Virus record (IMG/VR): IMGVR_UViG_3300048848_000222
Location: 1-39,928 of that record
Direction: 5' to 3' (one strand)
DNA from: a virus
Lineage: Duplodnaviria > Caudoviricetes
Length of the DNA stretch: 39,928 bases
Both the position numbers and the translations under genes were made by a program. Positions 17,556 to 25,815 of the stretch are shown here, piece by piece. Below the pieces are notes generated by a model. That model saw only the letters and a program-made list of their open reading frames with translations, made no database searches and was not told the origin of the DNA. The first letter of the stretch is position 1; every line of letters starts with the position of its first letter.

Positions 17556-18725
17556 TCAGGCCTCCTTCGTGCCGTAGATGGACCCGTACAGCGCGTCATC
17601 GGCGCTGGTGAGGGTGTCGGAGACTCCGACCTCGGTGACGGGCACAGCGCTGCTCTTCGGCATCGACGCGAGGATCGACTTGATGCCGTCCTCGTCCTTG
17701 TCCAGCTGGGCGCGCCAGCCGTCCTTCGATGCGGCGGCGATGCGGCCGTCAGCGAGTGCGGCGGCGATGATGCCGTCGCGGCGGGTGCTCTCCTGCTCCC
17801 GGCGAGCCTGCGCGCCCAGGGCGGCGTTCTCGCGGAGCTCAGCAAGAGCAGCGGCGTCCATGACGACGGCGCCCTCCGGAAGAGCGGCGGTCGCGGCCGG
17901 GGCCGCGGGGATGTCGACCTGTTCCGTGAGCGCCTCGTCGAGAGCGGCCAGAACCGTCTCTTCGGAAGCTTCGGCCTCGGGTACGCCGAGCCGATCACGG
18001 ACACTGGCCAGGAAGGTGTCGCTCATGTTGAGCTTCTCCGTTTCTCTGGGTTCACCCGGCTCGGGCGAGCTCGGGAGTTCTAGGGAGGCGAGCGACGGGA
18101 TCGCTGCTCGCGCGCGTGCCGAGAACCGTGAACGGTTCACCGGCTGGGATGCGGGTGCGTCGACCCACTCGTCGGCGAGGCCCGCGGCGACGGCTTCTTC
18201 TGCCGTGTACCAGGTCTCTGCTTGCATCGCGGCTCGCCAGGTCGCCCGATCCGTCCCCGAGCGGCCGGCATAGACGGCGGCGATCGAGTCGGACAGCTTG
18301 TGCAGGATCGTGGCCACTTCATCCATCAGTTCCGCGTTGCCATAGGCGCCGCCCGATGCGTCGTGGATCATGAGTTCCGAGCCGCGGTTCATGATGATGT
18401 GGTCGCCGGCCATCGCGATCACGGAAGCAGCAGATGCGGCAAGCCCATCCACGTGCACGGTGACGTGCGCTTTATGGCGACGGATCGCGTTCATGATCGC
18501 GATGCCGTCCCATGCGGCCCCGCCGGGTGAGTTGATGTAGACGTTGAGTTGGTCGACGTCGAGCGCAGCGAGCTCGGTGGCCATGGTCTGCGCGGAGACG
18601 CCGCCGCCCCAGAAGCTCTCGCCGATCTCGTCGTAGATGAACACGTCGGCCGAGGAGCCAGCCTCGGTTTCCTCCGCCTTCGCCGTCGGTTCGATGCGGA
18701 ACCACGGCCGCTTCTCGGTGGTCAT
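17556..18725 (-). CDS. ClpP-type head maturation protease fused to a scaffold region
   Basis: INSPGG, DGLAASAASVIAMAGD, LMIHD, ETWYTAEEAVAAGLAD; helical C-terminal half. Confidence 0.92.
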   Translation of the reverse strand: MTTEKRPWFRIEPTAKAEETEAGSSADVFIYDEIGESFWGGGVSAQTMATELAALDVDQLNVYINSPGGAAWDGIAIMNAIRRHKAHVTVHVDGLAASAASVIAMAGDHIIMNRGSELMIHDASGGAYGNAELMDEVATILHKLSDSIAAVYAGRSGTDRATWRAAMQAETWYTAEEAVAAGLADEWVDAPASQPVNRSRFSARARAAIPSLASLELPSSPEPGEPRETEKLNMSDTFLASVRDRLGVPEAEASEETVLAALDEALTEQVDIPAAPAATAALPEGAVVMDAAALAELRENAALGAQARREQESTRRDGIIAAALADGRIAAASKDGWRAQLDKDEDGIKSILASMPKSSAVPVTEVGVSDTLTSADDALYGSIYGTKEA

Positions 18726-20101
18726 GCTGCCTCCTGGTGCTGGTTCGTGATCTGTGCGATCAGGGCCTCCTGAGTGGCCCGATCGATCGGCGTGGTCGCT
18801 AGCTGCTTGAGCCGCCGTACGCGGTCCTCGACTTCTTCCGCGAGCTGTCGGGCATCCTCGACGGGCACACCCTTCGACGCGATCTCTGCGGCGAGCACGG
18901 GAAGGCCGTACTTCGCCCGCAGGTGGGCTTCTAGGCCCGGGTCACGCGTGAGCGCACCTGAGTCGAGGAGCGCCTTGATGGCCTCAGCGGTCACCGGCTG
19001 CTGCTCACCGATCGCCGCAGCGACCAGACGCGGTGCAGGCTCGTTCGGTCCCCAGTTGAAGTCGACGAGATCTTCGATGACGTGCTGGTTGGTGACGTCC
19101 TCGATGTGCTGAGCGATCCCGTTCAGCGAGTCTGTGAAGAACGTCGCGAACGTCGACCCGAGAGCCCAGGACCCGGTCTCGGTGCCGAGGTTCAGGAAGT
19201 GCGCGAGCACCGCGCGAGCGATCTGCTCGTCGTAGTACCGGATCGGCTTGTCGGTGTCGGGAAGGTCACCGACGACACCCTGGAAGGTGAAGGTGGAGCC
19301 GTTCGCTAGAGACACGCCCGCGGCCTCGCCTGCTCGGGCCTTCTTCGCGATGTCTAGACCCTCAGCGATCTGAGCGTCCATCCACTTGACCTGATCCTCG
19401 AACGACCACTCGGCCGGCGGCAGTGCCGCTGTGAAGACGGGGAGACCGAGGCCGTTGCGTTCAGCGGTCATGGCCTGGATGCGCAGCACCCGATCCTTCA
19501 GCACCCACATCTTGTACGCCGACCGCAGCAGCGACTCACCGTGCCAGTTCGCGCCCTCCCGCTCGTTCACGTATGCGACCAGCTGGTCCACACCGATCAG
19601 GGGCTTCACGCCGTACTGGTGGATGCCCTCGAGGCCGCCATCGCGGGCGACCTTGACGTCGCTGATGGTGCGCGGCGGCCGCCAGGCGAGCTTCGCGAGG
19701 TGCGTCTGCCCGGACGACTGGTCGTAGACCTGCTCGAAGAAGCTGTGCCCGTAGACGAGCTCGAGCAGCGCCAGCCGCAGGTGCTCCTTCCACGAGAACC
19801 GGCCCTTGGTCCGCAGCGGCGACACACGGGGTTCGCCCTTCACAGGGAGGCCGAGGTCGGAGGCAACGTGCGCCACGACTTCCGACCGGCAACCGGATCC
19901 GTCGATCGACCACTCGGTGCGCATGATCGGCAGGGTCACGGCGCGGAGCACCGACTTCACCTGCGGGTCCTCGCGGCGCATCTTGTCGAAGACGTTCAGC
20001 GAGTGCGGCCACTGCAGATCCGGATTCGTCTCGTTGACCGCACTGATAAGCGCACCCCAGCCGAGGAGCCCGGAGTCGGCCTGATATCCGATCTCAGCCA
20101 C
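18722..20101 (-). CDS. Portal protein (Mu gp29/DUF935-like)
   Basis: LVYGHSFFEQV, GESLLRSAY, ERNGLGLP, GSWALG motifs. Confidence 0.9.
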   Translation of the reverse strand: MAEIGYQADSGLLGWGALISAVNETNPDLQWPHSLNVFDKMRREDPQVKSVLRAVTLPIMRTEWSIDGSGCRSEVVAHVASDLGLPVKGEPRVSPLRTKGRFSWKEHLRLALLELVYGHSFFEQVYDQSSGQTHLAKLAWRPPRTISDVKVARDGGLEGIHQYGVKPLIGVDQLVAYVNEREGANWHGESLLRSAYKMWVLKDRVLRIQAMTAERNGLGLPVFTAALPPAEWSFEDQVKWMDAQIAEGLDIAKKARAGEAAGVSLANGSTFTFQGVVGDLPDTDKPIRYYDEQIARAVLAHFLNLGTETGSWALGSTFATFFTDSLNGIAQHIEDVTNQHVIEDLVDFNWGPNEPAPRLVAAAIGEQQPVTAEAIKALLDSGALTRDPGLEAHLRAKYGLPVLAAEIASKGVPVEDARQLAEEVEDRVRRLKQLATTPIDRATQEALIAQITNQHQEAA

Positions 20102-20116
20102 TAGCGCCTCCTCGTA

Positions 20117-21670
20117 TCAGAACCCCACAGTCGCGAGGTTCGGTTCGGTCTGAGCGACGGTGTCGCTGGTGAGCACACCAGCCCTCGGCGGCGGTGGGGT
20201 TGGTTTGGTTGGTGATGCTTCCGATTTGAGGACACCCCACAGCGCCCACGTGACCGCCTGCGCAATCGTGATGGGCTTCGTCGGGTCCGACTGGTCCCAC
20301 GTCACTCCCGCGCGCCCCAGCGGGCGCGTGGTGGCGAACTGGAGAGACTTCGTGACCTCGTCCTGCGGACGGTGCGGCACAAGACCCGCGTTCGACCACT
20401 CGACGAACTGGGCATGTGCCGCGGCGACGTCGTCCATGTTCATCGGCAGCCACTTGATACCCGCGGCCGCGAGCGACGACAGGACCGGCGCAGCGTTCTT
20501 CGTGTCGAGCACGAGGAGCGCGTTCCCGAGCTGGGCCTTCAGCGCCTTCAGGTCGGCGGCGAGCCAGCGGGTTCCACGCTCGGTCTTGTGGTGCTCCACT
20601 GCGATGGAATCAGAGTCGACCCGCACCGCCTTACCGATCGTGGCGTAGCCAGCGCCGCGGCCGAGCGCGAGCGACAACACGACGCCGTCACCGACCACAC
20701 CGGCGTCCTCGCGAGCGTGCCGCTTCCACACCTCAAGCTCGAACTCAGACAGCTTCGCGGCCACGACCGGGCGGCGGTTCGGCCAGATATTCAGCCGCAG
20801 CCGGCGAACCGAATCGGGCGATAGGCGCGAGATTTCGTCCTCGATCGTCTCCCGGGTGAGGCCAGGCCGGTAGCCGAGGCCCGGGTTTCCGTAGGGCCAG
20901 TTGGCCTCGTCGCGGATGTCGATCTTGTCTGCGATGTCGGGGTCTTCGGAGCCGGGCGGGCTGAACTCCATCCACCCGGTGCGCGGGTCCGAGCCGGAGC
21001 GGCCTCGGTCGCGGACGCCCTCCCAGACCTCGGAGTCGTTCAACTCGTCGGGCACGGTGCCGGTGTAGATGATCTGCGTGTTGTCCACGGCCGACATCGT
21101 GGGCAGCAGCGCGTCGAGCGCCGCCTGCGCCATCTGCTGCGCCTCGTCGACGACGAGCACGTCGATGGTGAAGCCCACGCCCGAGTTCGCCGAGCGCGCC
21201 AGGTAGAGCAGGCGGTTCCCGTTTGCGAGCTCGAAACCCTCCTCGCCGTGCGCGGTCGAGATTCGGGTGACCTCGCCCATCAGGATCGCTGACGACTGGA
21301 TCACCCTGCGCAGCCGCAGGAACGCCTCGCGAGCGGTCTTGAACTGATGCGCGGTGTGCACGATCGTCTTCGGTTCGCCATCGGGCTTCGGCCAGAGATA
21401 CAGGTGCGCCATCGTGGCCGGCGACAGCACGTCGCCCTTGCCGTTCTGACGCGCCACGAGTTCGCCATGCTCCGTGCACACCCACCGACCGAACGCGTCG
21501 ATCGAGAAGATCGAGTCGAGCGACAACTCCTGCCACGGGTCGCTCTTCTTCCCTGCCAGATACCAGAGATCGAGCGCCTCGTCGCCGAGCGAGCCCGCAC
21601 GCTCCGGGAGCCTATGAAGCCGCGGACGCTGCGAGCCGACGAGCACGGACTTCGGCGAGCTGGTCTGCAA
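20117..21670 (-). CDS. Terminase large subunit (start may be GTG 21646)
   Basis: Walker A VARQNGKG, HTAH, Walker B VLVVDEAQ, YTGT, NPGLG. Confidence 0.95.
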   Translation of the reverse strand: MQTSSPKSVLVGSQRPRLHRLPERAGSLGDEALDLWYLAGKKSDPWQELSLDSIFSIDAFGRWVCTEHGELVARQNGKGDVLSPATMAHLYLWPKPDGEPKTIVHTAHQFKTAREAFLRLRRVIQSSAILMGEVTRISTAHGEEGFELANGNRLLYLARSANSGVGFTIDVLVVDEAQQMAQAALDALLPTMSAVDNTQIIYTGTVPDELNDSEVWEGVRDRGRSGSDPRTGWMEFSPPGSEDPDIADKIDIRDEANWPYGNPGLGYRPGLTRETIEDEISRLSPDSVRRLRLNIWPNRRPVVAAKLSEFELEVWKRHAREDAGVVGDGVVLSLALGRGAGYATIGKAVRVDSDSIAVEHHKTERGTRWLAADLKALKAQLGNALLVLDTKNAAPVLSSLAAAGIKWLPMNMDDVAAAHAQFVEWSNAGLVPHRPQDEVTKSLQFATTRPLGRAGVTWDQSDPTKPITIAQAVTWALWGVLKSEASPTKPTPPPPRAGVLTSDTVAQTEPNLATVGF

Positions 21671-22064
21671 GCGTGACCCCCTTCACCTGGCCGTTGCCCT
21701 GCAACTCGGCGATCTCACGGACCGTCTCGCGCTGCTCCCGCATCAGCAAGTACGCCTTCGCCGGATCCGAGTTCCGCAGCGCCGGCAGAAGCTGCCGCTG
21801 CTCCTCGAGCAGCTCCTTCAGCACCTCAAGCCGCGACACGTGCCCGTCCTCCGTGGTCGGAGTGGGCGCGGGAGGTGGCGGCGGTGTCTCGTCAGTCGGG
21901 GGCTTCTTCGCGGCCGCACGTGCCGCACGAGCAGGCGCCGACGTCGATCGCCCGCCATCGTGCTCCTTCTGCGCCACCCGGCAAGCTGCATCGATGCGCT
22001 CACCGTGCTTCAGGTGACGCCGATACGCGCCGTACGTGCCACAAGCCGCTCTGGGAGGAGGCAT
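21612..22064 (-). CDS. Probable terminase small subunit
   Basis: GGAGG RBS and ATG 22064; immediately upstream of terL; ends LADQLAEVRARR; N-terminal CGTYGAYRRH...C motif. Confidence 0.7.
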   Translation of the reverse strand: MPPPRAACGTYGAYRRHLKHGERIDAACRVAQKEHDGGRSTSAPARAARAAAKKPPTDETPPPPPAPTPTTEDGHVSRLEVLKELLEEQRQLLPALRNSDPAKAYLLMREQRETVREIAELQGNGQVKGVTLADQLAEVRARRLAASAAS

Positions 22065-22178
22065 TCGGGGCACCTCCATCGCGCGTCATCGAGCATCGAG
22101 CGTCACGCACGAACGTGAGCGGGGAGAAACGCGCCAGGACCGCGCGGGAGGTTGGCAGCCCACGAGAGTTGCTGGATT

Positions 22179-22880
22179 TTATTCAGCTACTGGCGTTGTC
22201 GTCGCGTCTCCAGTTTGATCACGGCGGGCGTTGAGAGCGGCAAGTCGGTTGGGTACGGCGAACGCATCGTTGAGGATCTCGTCCATCAGCACGAGAACAT
22301 CCTCGGCATCCACCCTCGTTATCTGCGAGGTAGCAAAGTCACCGTGGGCCATCTCATTGCCGAGCTCACGCACCTTGTGGGCGGCTTCAGCAACGAGGGG
22401 TCTGATATAACCCTTCTCCGCGAGCTCGTTGATCTTCGTCATAATCCCGCGGGAGGTAATGCCCTTTGCCTTTGCGGTGGCTTCGATAACGGAGCGAGCC
22501 ATGAGTACTGCGGCGCGGTGGGCTTCAATGCTGAGACAGCGGTACGCCTCGTCTGCGGGTCCAGCGATGTCCGCAGGCAGGTGGTCGTAGCTCTTGCCGA
22601 CCGGCGCAATGGGTTCCCAATACTCGACGTTTCCAATCAGCACTCTCGCGATGTCGCCTGGGCTGGCGCCCTCATGCAGTTGAAAGGCGAATGCCTGCCC
22701 GATGTTGTCCGTTGTGAAGCCGGCATGTCGGAGGCCACCAACGCTAAAACGTTTGCAGTTCGCGCATTGAAACGCTGCTTCGACTCGCATCTCGCGCGGT
22801 TCCACAATTCGGGCGCTGTGTTCCACGTAGTCCATGTAGGTGAGACGTTTGCAGTAGGGGCAGCTGATATCGGTGGTCAT
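22179..22880 (-). CDS. DUF4145 (HEPN-like) protein with an N-terminal Zn ribbon; moron
   Basis: CPYC/CANC; EAYRCL...AAVLMARSVIE...KINEL...VRELGNEMAH; AT-richer codons. Confidence 0.85.
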   Translation of the reverse strand: MTTDISCPYCKRLTYMDYVEHSARIVEPREMRVEAAFQCANCKRFSVGGLRHAGFTTDNIGQAFAFQLHEGASPGDIARVLIGNVEYWEPIAPVGKSYDHLPADIAGPADEAYRCLSIEAHRAAVLMARSVIEATAKAKGITSRGIMTKINELAEKGYIRPLVAEAAHKVRELGNEMAHGDFATSQITRVDAEDVLVLMDEILNDAFAVPNRLAALNARRDQTGDATTTPVAE

Positions 22881-22892
22881 TGCACGAGACTA
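22881..22892 (-). promoter_or_regulatory. Putative -10 element (TAGTCT) of a leaderless DUF4145 transcript
   Basis: TAGTCT at 22892-22887, then 6 nt, then ATG; no RBS. Confidence 0.5.
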
Positions 22893-22907
22893 GCGACCGT
22901 CCCTCTT

Positions 22908-23219
22908 CTAACTCGCCGCCCAGATTTCGACGGGCTCGTGGTTGCTCTTCCGGCTGTTGCAGGACAGGTGCATGGGCACGAGCTGCTGGCCGACGAGGCG
23001 GCCGCCGTTGTCAAGTGCTTCGGGGTGATCAGCGGTGAACGACATGCGGTGGCCGGACTCGAGGGTGGTGTCGATCGGTTGGCCGCATCCTTCACCGGTC
23101 GGCGATCCGTATCCGCAGGGAAGGTTCTCGTTCTTCGTGCGCCGCTTCAGTGCGGCCTGCGCGCGGCGGTAGGCCCGGTGGCCCTTGCCGTCGCGGATGC
23201 TGCGGGAGCTACTCGTCAT
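22908..23219 (-). CDS. Packaging-associated HNH endonuclease
   Basis: C...CGQPID...ADH...GG...HLSCNSRK; position upstream of terminase. Confidence 0.85.
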   Translation of the reverse strand: MTSSSRSIRDGKGHRAYRRAQAALKRRTKNENLPCGYGSPTGEGCGQPIDTTLESGHRMSFTADHPEALDNGGRLVGQQLVPMHLSCNSRKSNHEPVEIWAAS

Positions 23220-23346
23220 CGATGTCTCCGGGGTCGGAGGGTGAGATGCGGATGAGCGCGGCCACGCCGATGAAGCAGGCGGCGGTGAACACGCCGAAGC
23301 AGGCGAGGCCGGCGAGGCCGGCGCCGATCTGTGCGAGCGGGTGCAT
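23209..23346 (-). CDS. 45-aa single-TM peptide (not in the ORF track)
   Basis: TGATG-coupled ATG 23346: MHPLAQIGAGLAGLACFGVFTAACFIGVAALIRISPSDPGDIDDE. Confidence 0.65.
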   Translation of the reverse strand: MHPLAQIGAGLAGLACFGVFTAACFIGVAALIRISPSDPGDIDDE

Positions 23347-23564
23347 CAGGCTGCGGTGGTGCTCTTGCGCGCGGTGATGAACCTTGCTCCGCGGGGTGGG
23401 AGGAACAGGCTCTCCGGGATGACCATGTCGCCATCGTGAAGTGGGAGGAGCATCAGATCGTAACGGATCGGGTCTGCGAGGCCGGATGCGATCATGAGGG
23501 CGCTCGGCAGGATCGGGTCGTCACCGATCTCGATGGTCTCGCCATCTACGGTCACTTCGCGCAT
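23346..23564 (-). CDS. Small protein resembling a multi-ubiquitin (beta-grasp) domain
   Basis: GAAGGGG RBS; VTVDG..I....I....L....GL.DP..YDL...G......GARFIT pattern. Confidence 0.6.
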   Translation of the reverse strand: MREVTVDGETIEIGDDPILPSALMIASGLADPIRYDLMLLPLHDGDMVIPESLFLPPRGARFITARKSTTAA

Positions 23565-23947
23565 GGTGTCCCCTTCGACGTTGGGTGCCGCTCCGGTCGC
23601 CGTGCCGCGGGTCAGGCGGGATGGGCGAGGTACACGGCCGAGAGGTGGAGTCCGGACGCCAGCTATCCGGCGACGTCCGGGGTAAGAGTCGCGGCCGGTG
23701 CGCGCCTGGCTTAGTGCTGCGCCTACGTGTGACGTGCAGCGCTGCTCGGGGTGCCAGGTCCCGAAGTGTTCGGGGCAGGGCGTGCGCGTTGCGCGACTAC
23801 CTGCCCTGCCCCGTGGTGACGAGTTCGCTCCCCCAGGAGCCAGGTTGTCAACCCTGTGTCACCACCGAAGAGAGTTGGTGGCGGGTCTCAGATACGCGGT
23901 CAGACCCGGGCGAGCGGTGCTTCTAGCCCTTGTCCCTTTCCTGCGTA
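23565..23947 (-). ncRNA. Candidate structured RNA (long late-operon leader)
   Basis: No credible ORF; at least six consecutive stem-loops, including a perfect 11-bp stem and a three-way junction. Confidence 0.55.
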
Positions 23948-23953
23948 CTTTGA

Positions 23954-23990
23954 ATCAAAACTGTGTGACATGGTGCGTGTCAAACCAATT
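23954..23990 (-). promoter_or_regulatory. Putative late promoter
   Basis: TTGACA (23983-23978), 18 nt spacer, TTTGAT; overlapping TGACA-N7-TGTCA inverted repeat. Confidence 0.55.
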
Positions 23991-24231
23991 CGGAAACTTT
24001 TTCTTGCGCGGCCACGAATCTGCCGCGCGGATCGTGGCGGCGAGCGTGTTCGGTGCGTCCGGTGAGTTTTCCGCGGTAGGTGGCGAGGAGGATGTCGTGC
24101 TCGATGTATCGGCGGCCGGCGATGGTGCGGTAGCTCATGCCGTCTCGCATCCAGTGGTAGATCGTCCAGCGGGCTCGGTGTACGCGTCGTGCTGCGTGTC
24201 GAACGTCGTAGAGTTCCCGATCCTCGTCCAT
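23980..24231 (-). CDS. HTH DNA-binding protein (excisionase/MerR-like fold), candidate late regulator
   Basis: YDVRHAARRVHRARWTIYHWMRDG...GRRYI; GGAGAGG RBS. Confidence 0.8.
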   Translation of the reverse strand: MDEDRELYDVRHAARRVHRARWTIYHWMRDGMSYRTIAGRRYIEHDILLATYRGKLTGRTEHARRHDPRGRFVAAQEKVSELV

Positions 24232-24302
24232 CGCTCAGCGCCTCTCTCCGGGGTTAGGAATCACGCTGGTGTAATTCTCCCCGATGAAGGCCTGAAATCG
24301 GC

Positions 24303-24356
24303 TCAGGCTGGGCTGGGCGACGCGCTCCGCACGTCGTACAGCTCGCGGTCGTCCAT
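24303..24356 (-). pseudogene. Relic 5' end of a homolog of the adjacent HTH gene
   Basis: MDDRELYDVRSA versus MDEDRELYDVRHA; TGATG-coupled to the upstream gene; stops after 17 codons. Confidence 0.65.
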
Positions 24357-24535
24357 CAGGCCTCAGCGTCTCCCGCGCCCAGCGGACCGGTGGTGTAGCC
24401 GATGATGGGCCATGCGTCGACATCAGATTTCGTTGGTGGCTGGTCAGAGGGCGGGCCGATGCGGATCGCGAAGCCGACGCTACCGTTGACGAGCGCGACG
24501 TTCTCGTTCGTCGGATCGATGATGATCTTCGGCAT
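24356..24535 (-). CDS. Hypothetical 59-aa protein (not in the ORF track)
   Basis: GAGG RBS; MPKIIIDPTNENVALVNGSVGFAIRIG... Confidence 0.55.
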   Translation of the reverse strand: MPKIIIDPTNENVALVNGSVGFAIRIGPPSDQPPTKSDVDAWPIIGYTTGPLGAGDAEA

Positions 24536-24686
24536 CAGGCACCTCGGTGGGGCGTGGTGGGGGTTCCGGCATCCGGTCCCATTTCCGCAACTCCGCTCTC
24601 CGCTCGAACGCTTTCCAGTACTGGTAGTTCGCTTCGCTCACGCCCGACACCTCCCTGCGCCCCACCATTCGAGTGTGCACCCGGGG

Positions 24687-24911
24687 TCATGCGTCCGCTC
24701 CCTTCGGTTTATGCGCGACGGCGATCGTCTCGGCGCGTTGGGCTAGTTCGAAGGACGAGATGCCATCGCCGTCGTACGCGCGGTACCAGTAGCCGGGGAA
24801 GCCGTACTGCCATGCCTGGCCATCTTTGTCGATGATGACCGACTTGAACGGCAGCGAGTCGAGCTTCTTCTGCACGCGGGCGAGATCTGGTCGGAGACTG
24901 CTGGTGGCCAT
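24687..24911 (-). CDS. Hypothetical phage protein
   Basis: Coupled start; LDSLPFKSVIIDKDGQAWQ motif. Confidence 0.7.
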   Translation of the reverse strand: MATSSLRPDLARVQKKLDSLPFKSVIIDKDGQAWQYGFPGYWYRAYDGDGISSFELAQRAETIAVAHKPKGADA

Positions 24912-25093
24912 CACTTCAACTGCTCTCGGACGGTCTGACGGTCACGGACGATCAGCGCGTCTGCCTCGTTCCGCGCCCACTCGGCACCGTTCAGCCACCA
25001 CTGGGAGCCGTCGCCGAGGGTCACCATGTCGCCGCTCCGACTCACCAGCCCACCGTGTGCGAGTTCCTCCCTGCGGTCCTGCTCCTGGCTCAT
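24911..25093 (-). CDS. Hypothetical phage protein
   Basis: Coupled start and stop; high GC3. Confidence 0.65.
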   Translation of the reverse strand: MSQEQDRREELAHGGLVSRSGDMVTLGDGSQWWLNGAEWARNEADALIVRDRQTVREQLK

Positions 25094-25815
25094 CATTCGC
25101 TCCAATCGACGTACTGATCAACATCGGCGTCATCCGCGAACCACCCGCAGTGGGTGCACGCGACCTCGGCGCCGGCCGCGAGGAACGTGGCCACCACCGC
25201 CCGCTCCTCGCACACCGGGCACACCCTCGGTTTCGCCGACCGCGGCTTCCTCGGGGCGTCCGGGTAACGGCCATGGAGGCGGCCGGTGTACTCGGTGAGG
25301 TCGTCGAACCAGGCGCGCACATCCAAGGGTGCGGTGGCGGTGACGATCGCGAGCTCCCGCTTCTCATACCACTCGACGAGGTTCTCGACGGCCCGGTGTG
25401 CGCCGGCCTGGTCGAGGGCGAACGGTGGCAACCGGGTCGCCCCGTCTTCCTCGCCCCGGTATGGGAGGGTCGCGTAGGGGCCGGTGACGTGGAGGATGTC
25501 GGCGAAGGTGAGCATCCAGTTCGCGAGTTGGGAGAACAGGTCGTCGGCGTCCTCCACCGCCTGCTCCCGTATCGGGAGGCGTCGTTCGGGGGTGCCGCCG
25601 ACCTTCGCGCCGTACGCGGCCGCCTGCACACCCGGCGTGACCTGGGCGCGGATGTGCGCGACCAGTTGCGGGGTCTGCCGGAGCATCCAGCGGGCGCGAC
25701 CGTAGCAGGGGCCGCAGAGACACCCGAAGCGGGCCTCCACGTTCGGTGCGATCACGCACACGTCATCGTCTTCGCTGACCACCAGCCAGGGGTGATTGAT
25801 GCACAGGGTCGTCAT
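25093..25815 (-). CDS. Zn-finger protein of the type found before late modules in actinophages (possible late regulator)
   Basis: LCGPC, CPVC and CTHCG motifs. Confidence 0.75.
   Translation of the reverse strand: MTTLCINHPWLVVSEDDDVCVIAPNVEARFGCLCGPCYGRARWMLRQTPQLVAHIRAQVTPGVQAAAYGAKVGGTPERRLPIREQAVEDADDLFSQLANWMLTFADILHVTGPYATLPYRGEEDGATRLPPFALDQAGAHRAVENLVEWYEKRELAIVTATAPLDVRAWFDDLTEYTGRLHGRYPDAPRKPRSAKPRVCPVCEERAVVATFLAAGAEVACTHCGWFADDADVDQYVDWSE

Noticed and set aside
22152-23255. Long + strand ORFs antisense to real genes (also 12446-14056, 30797-31930, 31032-32192, 24826-25947, 26940-27893)
   Set aside because: Shadow ORFs typical of high-GC DNA; no motifs or RBS, and the opposite strand carries recognisable genes
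23565-23947. Possible tRNA genes in the structured gap
   Set aside because: No T-loop GTTCRA in a cloverleaf context on either strand
24235-24680. ORF-track calls 24235-24423 and 24480-24680
   Set aside because: They overlap better-supported coupled ORFs (24356-24535, 24303-24356); a short gene starting near 24640 remains possible but is unsupported
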